Position numbers and translations under genes: made by a program. The notes under the pieces are model-generated. The model searched no databases and had not been told where the DNA came from. It was given only the letters and a program-made list of their open reading frames with translations. DNA of 20,000 nucleotides from an uncultured virus (IMG/VR IMGVR_UViG_3300008111_000017). Taxonomy: Duplodnaviria > Heunggongvirae > Uroviricota > Caudoviricetes. Every line of letters begins with the position of its first letter. Position 1 is the stretch's first letter. The stretch lies in IMG/VR virus record IMGVR_UViG_3300008111_000017, one strand, 5' to 3'. This document shows positions 1-7,028 of this stretch, one piece after another.

Positions 1-1
1 G

Positions 2-994
2 GGCCACTCGCCCAAGCATGACATGGTTCATGACGTTCCAAATCCGTTTATCGTCAAGGGCGTCTCGACCTATTATAATCGCGATGGTGTAGCGGCTGGG
101 CAGTGGGTTAAGTCCACCTTAGACCAATCCGCCTATCAAGCCGCATTGCAGGCGATGGCTGACGGTATATCGGCAGGTATCACGCCGCGGGCTACGATAC
201 CAAAACCGACAGAGGTAGATACTGATCTACTTACGATTTATCCATTAGGAGACCCCCACTCGGGTCTTTACTCGTGGATCAAGGAGACGGGTCACACGTT
301 CGATCTAGCCGAGTATGAGCGTATCAATACGCTCGCTATCGACGCGATCATGTTGGGTTCTCCTAAGAGTGACACTGCTTTGTATATCGACCTTGGTGAT
401 ACCGTTCACGCGCATGACGATAAGAAGCGAACGCCAGGATCAGGGCACTATCTTGATGTCTCGGGCCGTATCTGTGAAGCCATCGAAAGTTCCTTCAAAC
501 TTAAAGCATATCATATCGACAGATTATTAGAACACCACAACAATGTTATATTTAGATTAAACCGAGGCAATCACGATCCGGTCACTGCGGTGGCTATCTC
601 TGGCATGGTTCGGGAACGGTATCGGCTTAATCCCCGCGTCACGGTAGTCGATCCATACAACCCCTACTGGTATTATGAGTTCGGTAAAGTCATGATTGCC
701 ACTGCCCACGGCGACGGGGCGAAGGCTCCTCAGATGGGTCCGGTCATGGCAAACGATCAAGCCGAGATGTGGGGGCGGACTAAACATCGCTACTGTTTCT
801 TGGGCCACGTTCACCACTGGAAGGGTGAGAATTTCCCCGGCGTCACGGTAGAATACTTCGGAACCTTAGCTGCACCAGACTTCTACAGCCACCATGCTGG
901 GTACAGATCGACGCGAGAAATTAAGTCGATTACGCTCCATAGAGAACACGGCAGATGGGGCAGCGTAGAACGGAACGTTTCTGCATTTGCGTAA
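2..994 (+). CDS. Calcineurin-like metallophosphoesterase (phage type), probably 5'-truncated by the window edge
   Basis: Complete metallophosphoesterase motif set in order: GDPH, DLGD, GNHD, AHGD, GHVHH. The frame is open from position 2 (GHSPKHD-MVHD...), so the true start may lie upstream of ATG 23. Confidence 0.85.
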   Translation, partial: GHSPKHDMVHDVPNPFIVKGVSTYYNRDGVAAGQWVKSTLDQSAYQAALQAMADGISAGITPRATIPKPTEVDTDLLTIYPLGDPHSGLYSWIKETGHTFDLAEYERINTLAIDAIMLGSPKSDTALYIDLGDTVHAHDDKKRTPGSGHYLDVSGRICEAIESSFKLKAYHIDRLLEHHNNVIFRLNRGNHDPVTAVAISGMVRERYRLNPRVTVVDPYNPYWYYEFGKVMIATAHGDGAKAPQMGPVMANDQAEMWGRTKHRYCFLGHVHHWKGENFPGVTVEYFGTLAAPDFYSHHAGYRSTREIKSITLHREHGRWGSVERNVSAFA

Positions 995-1166
995 CTTATC
1001 AGGTAGTCATAGTCACGGTATGAACCTACGATAAAATATGAAAACCACCTATCTGCATTTGCGTGATTACCTCAGACGGTAAAATTTGCAGGTAGAGCCG
1101 GTATAAAGCCCCCTGTTTATCGCGAACAGTAAGATTTATGGACAAATCATTTCTGCATTTGCGTAA
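978..1166 (+). repeat. Three direct repeats of core TCTGCATTTGCGT (980-992, 1052-1064, 1152-1164)
   Basis: Read directly. Copies 1 and 3 share 17 bp (TTTCTGCATTTGCGTAA, 978-994 and 1150-1166); copy 2 is TATCTGCATTTGCGTGA. Periods are 72 and 100 bp. Copy 1 is the 3' end of the phosphoesterase gene. Confidence 0.9.
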
Positions 1167-1234
1167 TTCCAACTATGGCTTTATCTGCGTGGCTGGTGTA
1201 GTAGGGACTTGACAAACTAGATCGGGAGATTCCC

Positions 1235-1360
1235 ATGCCTATGAACCGTGCATCCATGAACAAGCAAATGACCAAATCCCCTATGCCAGCTAAGGGCAAA
1301 AAGGGTAAAGCAGCTATGCCTGCTCCGATGAAAATGAAAAAGGGCGGCAAGGTCTGCTAG
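1235..1360 (+). CDS. Small basic Lys/Met-rich protein (41 aa, MPMNRASMNKQMTKSPMPAKGKKGKAAMPAPMKMKKGGKVC); putative internal/DNA-binding virion peptide
   Basis: Not in the ORF track. GGGAG SD at 1224-1228, ATG at 1235, TAG at 1358-1360 two bases before the next ATG. No acidic residues; ends in the MKKGGKV motif shared with downstream virion proteins. Confidence 0.75.
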   Translation: MPMNRASMNKQMTKSPMPAKGKKGKAAMPAPMKMKKGGKVC

Positions 1361-1362
1361 GC

Positions 1363-1623
1363 ATGGATAAGTATCGTCGGTTCAAGCGCGCAGAGATGTT
1401 GATACCCGGTCTTGCGATCAAGCACGAGCTTGCTCAACGAGACCGAGATATGCTTGAGCAGAGAACTGGCGAAGTAGCTGATCCCTATCTCCAGCGTAAG
1501 CAAATGTTGCAATCTGCTTACCAAGAGATTGCAGGAACTAAAGGTATGGCCCGTATGGCTCGGGCAGATCACAAGTACAAAACTGGCACGCACCGTTTGC
1601 GTTTGCTAGAACGTAAACTCTAA
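1363..1623 (+). CDS. Hypothetical basic helical protein (86 aa)
   Basis: Fills the gap between the 41-aa ORF and the 1634 gene on the coding strand; its stop overlaps the SD (TAAGGAG) of the next gene. Confidence 0.65.
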   Translation: MDKYRRFKRAEMLIPGLAIKHELAQRDRDMLEQRTGEVADPYLQRKQMLQSAYQEIAGTKGMARMARADHKYKTGTHRLRLLERKL

Positions 1624-1633
1624 GGAGACCGCT

Positions 1634-2077
1634 GTGTCTAAAACCGACGCTTGGGAAAACGCCCTACTTCAGTTGTTGTTCAATAACACCAACGCCGCAA
1701 ACATTGGCGATGCGACAGGCTTGCGCGGTTCTACTACTGCCGGCGCGCTGTTCTTTTCGCTGCATACTGCTGATCCGGGCGAGGCGGGAAACCAGACCAC
1801 GAACGAAGTTTCCTACGGAAGCTATGCCCGTGTGTCAATCAACCGCGCTTCAGGCGCAGGCGGCTTTACTGTAACGGGCGCTAGTGTTTCTCCAACCACG
1901 CAACCTGTCAACTTCGCGGCTTGTACCAGTGGCTCTGCAACCGCTACTCACTTTGGTATCGGCACTGCTTCGAGCGGTACGGGAGTGCTGTTGTACAAAG
2001 GTGCGCTAAGCGCTTCTATCGCTATTTCCTCGGGCGTTACGCCACAAGCGCAGACCGTTACCGTTACGGAAGACTAA
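1634..2077 (+). CDS. Phage virion structural protein (tail-fibre-associated, 'LHTADPGE...EVSYGSYARV' family)
   Basis: GTG start after AGGAG. The pattern ENALLQLLFN...SLHTADPGEAG...NEVSYGSYARV...ATHFGI...LLYKGAL is typical of small beta-rich phage structural proteins. Confidence 0.75.
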   Translation: MSKTDAWENALLQLLFNNTNAANIGDATGLRGSTTAGALFFSLHTADPGEAGNQTTNEVSYGSYARVSINRASGAGGFTVTGASVSPTTQPVNFAACTSGSATATHFGIGTASSGTGVLLYKGALSASIAISSGVTPQAQTVTVTED

Positions 2078-2080
2078 TCT

Positions 2081-2896
2081 ATGGGCCTCCTCGCCGATCT
2101 TGTTCAGCAATCCACAGCCACCACAGGCACAGGCACGGTGACGCTAGGCGCTGCCGTGACTGGCTTCCGCACGGTTGCGGGGGCTGGGATTGCTGATGGC
2201 GTTGTCGTGTCCTACGTCATCCAAGACGGCACCAATCGCGAGACGGGAACGGGGACTGTCGGCAGCTCTGGCACGACCCTGACCCGCACGCTTCTGGCCT
2301 CTAGCACGGGTTCGCTCTTGAACCTTAGCGGCTCGGCTGTAGTTGGGATCGCGCCTAATGCAGTGGACTTTGTTTTCACAGGCAAACAAACGATCTTCAT
2401 CCCAGCCTCGGCAATGCTTCCGCGCATCACCAATGGGCCAAGCCTTGGTTCGCTGGAGACCGCCACCAATCGCGTCAACGTCTCAACGCTGGACTTCGAT
2501 CCAACCACACAAGAGTTCGCGCAGTTCCAGATCGCCATGCCTAAGTCATGGGATGAAGGCACGGTGACTTACGAGGTTATTTGGTATCATCCAGCTACGA
2601 CGACTAACTTCGGCGTGGTTTGGTCTCTAGCAGGCGTTGCCCTGTCAGACACCAATGCTCTGGACACGGCTTTTGGAACAGCGGTTCAGGTCACTGATGC
2701 CGGCGGCACGACAAATGCGGTCTATGATAGCCCCGAGAGTGCTGCGGTCACGATTGGCAATGTGCCTGCTGAAAACGACTATGTGATATTCCAGATCGCG
2801 CGGGTTCCGGCTGACGGCTCTGACACAATGGCTGTCGATGCACGGTTGTTGGGTATCCGTCTATTCTACACGACTAACGCAGGAAATGACGCCTGA
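2081..2896 (+). CDS. Two-domain phage fibre/appendage protein (271 aa)
   Basis: Thr/Gly-rich N-domain (ADLVQQSTATTGTGTVTLGAAVTGFRT...ETGTGT...TLTRT) plus a beta-sandwich-like C-domain (GKQTIFIPASAM...LDFDPTTQEFAQFQIAMPKSWDEGTVT). Both resemble modules common in aquatic phage structural genes. Confidence 0.7.
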   Translation: MGLLADLVQQSTATTGTGTVTLGAAVTGFRTVAGAGIADGVVVSYVIQDGTNRETGTGTVGSSGTTLTRTLLASSTGSLLNLSGSAVVGIAPNAVDFVFTGKQTIFIPASAMLPRITNGPSLGSLETATNRVNVSTLDFDPTTQEFAQFQIAMPKSWDEGTVTYEVIWYHPATTTNFGVVWSLAGVALSDTNALDTAFGTAVQVTDAGGTTNAVYDSPESAAVTIGNVPAENDYVIFQIARVPADGSDTMAVDARLLGIRLFYTTNAGNDA

Positions 2897-3708
2897 TGTT
2901 GCGGGTCAATAACCTTAATGGGTTTGGAGGCAACGCTGCTGGCTGGGCTCGCACGCCAATAGCCGATCAAGCGCGCGGGCTTGCAACAAACGGTTGGTCA
3001 TTTCGAAAACTTCGCGCGAACTATGCAGGCCCTTGCTGTCAATTAGTGCGATCTAGCGATGGGGCGACGTCTAATTTTGGCTTTACGCCTCAAGGCTATG
3101 TCGACATCGCAGCTATCAACACATGGCTAGGCGGCGCGTCGGCAAAGGTTGAAACTTGGTACGATCAAATCGGCTCAACCAATTGGGTTTCTACATTCGG
3201 CACTACTGGCAATAGACCTAACTTGGTTATCTCTGGCTCTAGAGTCTGGGTCGAGACGATTGTAGCGGGCGGGTTTACTGGCGGTCCGAGCCTCAGCGCA
3301 TGGACGGCGCTTGTGGTTGGTCGGCCTCAACCCTCTAACTGGCGGACTTTGTTTTGGACTGCGGCTTTCAACTCTCCTGTGATGATTGAAAACGGCAGCA
3401 ATCGCTTCGGGAGGTTTGAAGGGTCGTTTACGCAATTTGGTTCGGAGACGTGGGGCAGCGGAGAAAACGCTAGCTTCTATTTAAACTTCATGGGTAATCC
3501 CGTAACTGCCTCGAAAAACAACGGATCAGCTGGCTCGGCTGGAACGCATAGCGGCTCGCGTGCACCTAACGGCTTTGGCTTAAATCCAGACGAAGTAGGT
3601 ATTCAACCTTTCGGGCGAATTGACGAGGTTGTTTTCTTTAATGCGGATTTACCAAGTGATTTGCGCGCGGCCCTAAACGCCAATCATCGCGCGTTTTACG
3701 GCATATAG
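2896..3708 (+). CDS. LamG/concanavalin-A-like (arabinofuranosidase-B-like) carbohydrate-binding virion protein
   Basis: WSFRKLRANYAGPCCQLVRSSDG...FGF...VETWYDQIGS N-terminal signature and a C-terminal FGRIDEVVFFNADL, typical of LamG-like jelly rolls. TGATG coupling. Confidence 0.65.
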   Translation: MLRVNNLNGFGGNAAGWARTPIADQARGLATNGWSFRKLRANYAGPCCQLVRSSDGATSNFGFTPQGYVDIAAINTWLGGASAKVETWYDQIGSTNWVSTFGTTGNRPNLVISGSRVWVETIVAGGFTGGPSLSAWTALVVGRPQPSNWRTLFWTAAFNSPVMIENGSNRFGRFEGSFTQFGSETWGSGENASFYLNFMGNPVTASKNNGSAGSAGTHSGSRAPNGFGLNPDEVGIQPFGRIDEVVFFNADLPSDLRAALNANHRAFYGI

Positions 3709-3717
3709 GGGCGGACC

Positions 3718-4176
3718 ATGACCCAACTACAAGAATACGCACTGATCCAAAACAACCAGATCATCCGCACCGAGTGGTTCAAGCGGCCTAGCCTTGTGCC
3801 TGCCGGTGACTGGTGCGTGGTTGGTGAGGTCACGCCTGACTTTGATCCTGCGACGCACCAACTCGGCAGCAAAACCTTGCAGGTGTTGGAGGATGGTACA
3901 GTGGCCTATGTCTGGTCTGTCGTTGAATTGCCGCCTCCGCAAGTGCCAGATCAAATCCAAATGTGGCAGGCTCGTGCAATCCTGTTTCGGTCTGGCTTAC
4001 TCGGGCAAGTCGAGCAGGCGGTAAAGGCGGCAACCAATCCCGAAATCGAAATTGCGTGGGAATATGCGCCAAACGTGGTGCGGCAGTCTGCCTTCGTCTC
4101 GGCAATGGCTGCGGCCATCAATCTCGACAACGCAACAATCGACAACCTGTTTATCGAGGGGGCTAAGATCAGATAA
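3718..4176 (+). CDS. Putative tail fibre assembly/chaperone-like protein (152 aa)
   Basis: TPDFDPATHQL linker and a C-terminal VPDQIQMWQARAIL...IAWEYA...IDNLFIEGAKI domain of the type usually found after fibre genes. Confidence 0.6.
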   Translation: MTQLQEYALIQNNQIIRTEWFKRPSLVPAGDWCVVGEVTPDFDPATHQLGSKTLQVLEDGTVAYVWSVVELPPPQVPDQIQMWQARAILFRSGLLGQVEQAVKAATNPEIEIAWEYAPNVVRQSAFVSAMAAAINLDNATIDNLFIEGAKIR

Positions 4177-4658
4177 TGGCTGACAACGTAGGATATACCC
4201 CTGGTACTGGCGCGAAGGTTGCCACCCGTGAGGTCACTTATTCTGGCGAGGCTGCACAGGCGCAGGCCGTTGGATTAGTTACCTTCGACGGTGCCGACGA
4301 CGCCAAGACCGCAACCGACATTTCGCCAAGCAACCCTCTGCCTATCACCGCTTATGGTGAATTGGTCGAGGCTCTTGAAGCCATGCGGATGACTATCAAC
4401 TCGCTTGCTAAGTCTATCGGCTATGCGCTTCCAAACGCGCAAGGCTTCCCGATCATGGAAGCGCGGCAGGCGACTGCGGCTAACTTGAACATGACCGCGA
4501 CGATTGCATCTGGCACGGTCACGACTGTTTCGACTGTTTCGGCTGTTTCGACTCTGACCAACCAATCCCAGATCGGCGGCTTTGCCGCCAACGATCAAAT
4601 CCCTTCCCTCATGCACATGCAAGCTGACAACTTGCGTAGAAATATAGTGGTGACATAA
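4176..4658 (+). CDS. Phage structural protein (160 aa)
   Basis: TAATG-coupled on both sides; MADNVGYTPGTGAKVAT start, ISPSNPLPI motif and a TVS-TVS-AVS microrepeat (4521-4553). Confidence 0.65.
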   Translation: MADNVGYTPGTGAKVATREVTYSGEAAQAQAVGLVTFDGADDAKTATDISPSNPLPITAYGELVEALEAMRMTINSLAKSIGYALPNAQGFPIMEARQATAANLNMTATIASGTVTTVSTVSAVSTLTNQSQIGGFAANDQIPSLMHMQADNLRRNIVVT

Positions 4659-6082
4659 TGCCTACTACAAACGGAAACAAGAAAATCCTCGATGCAAAGC
4701 GTCCAGAGTTTATGGCTCCATCGCCAACTGCGTCTGTGACTGGGTCTATGATTGCGTCCAGCCGTCATTTCAGACAGCAACAGCTTTACATTCCGTCCAA
4801 CGCAGCGGCGCTGATTTATAATCCGTCTGAGGACGGTTGGATCAACATCCCGTCACCTGCATTGCCTGTCGCATTGGGTGCAGGGGCTTCTGCGGTAGCG
4901 GCTGCGTTCTCGACGGGCAACACCGTTGGCGCTGTCTCGCTAACGGCTACAGGTGGCACGACCTCGACCATCGTCACCAACCAGCCACTAGCGCGCGACT
5001 TGCGCGGCTATAAGGTTCACATCATTGGCGGGCCTAATGCTGGCGCGGTCTTAACGATTTCTAGCAACACAATCGGGGCTAATGCGACTATCACAGTTCC
5101 TGTTCAAGGCGCTGCGTTCACGGCTTCAACTGTTTATCGGTTACTTACGCCGGTTTGGTTCGTCGCTGGCAACGGTTCGGTCGCGGCTGGCTCGTTCCGC
5201 AAGTATTGTTTCGCGACTAACACTTGGACTTCGTTGGCAGTTATGCCCGCGTCGTTCGGCACGGACGCTAAGCTGGTCGCCACACCTTCCATTGTCGATG
5301 GTGACTTCAAGAATTTTGCAACTGGCACGGCGACTTCTGCAACTGGCACCACGCTTGTCCAAACGGGCAAGACTTGGACCGCTTCGCAGTGGATCAACAG
5401 CCAAGTCCGGATCACGGCTGGAACTGGTGCGGGCCAAATCCGCACGATCACAGCCAACACCGCTGATACGCTGACTGTTGCTACTTGGACCACGACGCCG
5501 GACGCAACATCTCAATATGTCATCGAGGGGAATGACAACTTCCTCTACCTGCTTGGAAACAACGCAGTCACCATGTATCGCTATGACATTGGCGCTAACA
5601 CTTGGTCTACGCTGTCACCTGTCGCGGCTCGTGCTGCGGCCCCCGGCGCTGGTATGTCAGCGCACTGGGTCAACACTTCCAGTGCGACCGAGTGGAATAA
5701 CGAGAGCGCCATCATGGTGGGGCGTTATATCTATTCGTTCCAAGGCGGTGGGTCAGCCAACCTGCATCGCTATGACATTGCAGGCAACACGTGGGCGACC
5801 ATCACTTATTCTCCAGCTACGGAAACCTTCGCGGCTGGTTCAAAGTATGCACTGCACGACGACATTCTTTACATGCAAAAAGAAGCGACGGGCCGTTGGT
5901 TCGCATTTGATTTTGTTCGTTCGGATATGTTCCCATGGGGAACGATGCTCTACCCCCAAGGTGCGGCAATCGTAGGGGATACGGCGTTCGACGTGCTTTA
6001 TAGAGACGGTTCGACGAACATTTTCTATGTCTATATTCTTCTTAATACCTCTAACGTCCTGTTAAGGCAGATGGTGATCTGA
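4658..6082 (+). CDS. Kelch-like beta-propeller virion protein with two inserted Thr-rich beta domains (474 aa)
   Basis: Repeated blade ends IYNPSEDGW, KYCFATNTW, RYDIGANTW, RYDIAGNTW, preceded by YLLG / YSFQGGG-type strands. Confidence 0.65.
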   Translation: MPTTNGNKKILDAKRPEFMAPSPTASVTGSMIASSRHFRQQQLYIPSNAAALIYNPSEDGWINIPSPALPVALGAGASAVAAAFSTGNTVGAVSLTATGGTTSTIVTNQPLARDLRGYKVHIIGGPNAGAVLTISSNTIGANATITVPVQGAAFTASTVYRLLTPVWFVAGNGSVAAGSFRKYCFATNTWTSLAVMPASFGTDAKLVATPSIVDGDFKNFATGTATSATGTTLVQTGKTWTASQWINSQVRITAGTGAGQIRTITANTADTLTVATWTTTPDATSQYVIEGNDNFLYLLGNNAVTMYRYDIGANTWSTLSPVAARAAAPGAGMSAHWVNTSSATEWNNESAIMVGRYIYSFQGGGSANLHRYDIAGNTWATITYSPATETFAAGSKYALHDDILYMQKEATGRWFAFDFVRSDMFPWGTMLYPQGAAIVGDTAFDVLYRDGSTNIFYVYILLNTSNVLLRQMVI

Positions 6083-6243
6083 TGAAAACATCCGAGCTAC
6101 TAATCCTGCTCAAGAACCTAGTGACGGCCCTGCAAACTGAGAGAGCTACGGCAAACTCAAACGGGAATGTCGTGCGGGTTCTTGAGATCGACGCCAAAAT
6201 TGCTGAAACCCAGACAACGATTGACGAGATCGAAAGCGCCTAA
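6082..6243 (+). CDS. Small helical/coiled-coil protein (53 aa, MKTSELLILLKNLVTALQTERATANSNGNVVRVLEIDAKIAETQTTIDEIESA)
   Basis: Not in the ORF track. TGATG overlap with the upstream stop; fills the gap up to the GGAG SD of the 6260 gene; amphipathic helical pattern. Confidence 0.75.
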   Translation: MKTSELLILLKNLVTALQTERATANSNGNVVRVLEIDAKIAETQTTIDEIESA

Positions 6244-6259
6244 ACGGAGTAACTAAATC

Positions 6260-7027
6260 ATGTTGCTCCTGCTTCTATCTAATCAAGCGGCACCTCCTAC
6301 TACGGTCGTCTATTCCGGCGTTGTCGGGGGCGCTCCCATTGGCGTGCTTGCGCTTGGCGATCTAGGTATAGCTACAGCGCCCGCAGGCCCCACGGTAGCA
6401 ATCGCGGGTACTAGTTCGGCGTCTGCTACATCAGGAGCTATCGTTTCTCGGACCGTTACGATTAACGGTACGTCTACCGCGGCGGCGACTTCAGGCGCTA
6501 TCGCTTCGGTTAGTGTGAGTATAGCGGGCACCGCTACGGTAACAGCAACACCTGGCGCAATCGTAGCGCGCACGGTCGCTATCGCAGGATCGTCTACGGT
6601 TTCAGTAACCACCGCTGCGGTTTCAGTTTTCAATGTTAACATCGCGGGCACATCTGCCCTAGTAGCTACGGCGGGAGCAATCGTATCCCGTTCTGTAAGC
6701 ATTGCCGGGACGGGCAGCCTAGTTGCCACGGTTAGCAGCAACCCTGTTGTCGTTATATCGGGTTCTTCGACGGCATCGGCTACTTCAGGGTCTATCGCTT
6801 CTGTAAATGTCGCTATCTCGGGCACGTCTACCGCAGTTGCACAAGTCTTTGTCGCACGGTATAAGCCTACGATTACGACTTGGGACGGGACGAAATACGT
6901 AGACAAGCCTGTTCAGACATGGAATGGGACAAAATACGTAGACAAGCCTGTTCAGACATGGAATGGGACTAAGTACGTCGATAAACCTGTCGTGACTTGG
7001 ACCGGCGCTAAGTACGAGGTGGAGTGA
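6260..7027 (+). CDS. Repeat-rich fibre-like structural protein (255 aa)
   Basis: GGAG SD; about eight ~20-aa repeats (xVxIxGTSxxxATxGAIxS) followed by four 13-aa TWxGxKYVDKPVx repeats. Confidence 0.7.
   Translation: MLLLLLSNQAAPPTTVVYSGVVGGAPIGVLALGDLGIATAPAGPTVAIAGTSSASATSGAIVSRTVTINGTSTAAATSGAIASVSVSIAGTATVTATPGAIVARTVAIAGSSTVSVTTAAVSVFNVNIAGTSALVATAGAIVSRSVSIAGTGSLVATVSSNPVVVISGSSTASATSGSIASVNVAISGTSTAVAQVFVARYKPTITTWDGTKYVDKPVQTWNGTKYVDKPVQTWNGTKYVDKPVVTWTGAKYEVE
6878..7024 (+). repeat. In-frame 39-bp tandem repeat (TWNGTKYVDKPVQ x ~4)
   Basis: Units start at 6878, 6917, 6956 and 6995; 6893-6930 and 6932-6969 are identical 38-mers. Confidence 0.95.
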
Positions 7028-7028
7028 G

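Noticed and set aside
978..1166. Canonical CRISPR array
   Set aside because: The repeat is only 13-17 bp, periods are unequal (72 and 100 bp), there are three copies, and no cas gene is in the window. Kept as a non-CRISPR array finding.
996..1196. Intrinsic terminators
   Set aside because: The hairpins are not followed by U-tracts on the + strand and have bulged, AT-rich stems.
1209..1240. Sigma70 promoter from the perfect TTGACA at 1209-1214
   Set aside because: No credible -10 element 16-18 bp downstream; that position is occupied by the start of the 41-aa ORF.
6878..7024. CRISPR-like or DGR template/variable repeat pair
   Set aside because: Units are contiguous, in frame and without spacers. 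Differences are mostly synonymous and not adenine-specific, and no reverse transcriptase is in the window.
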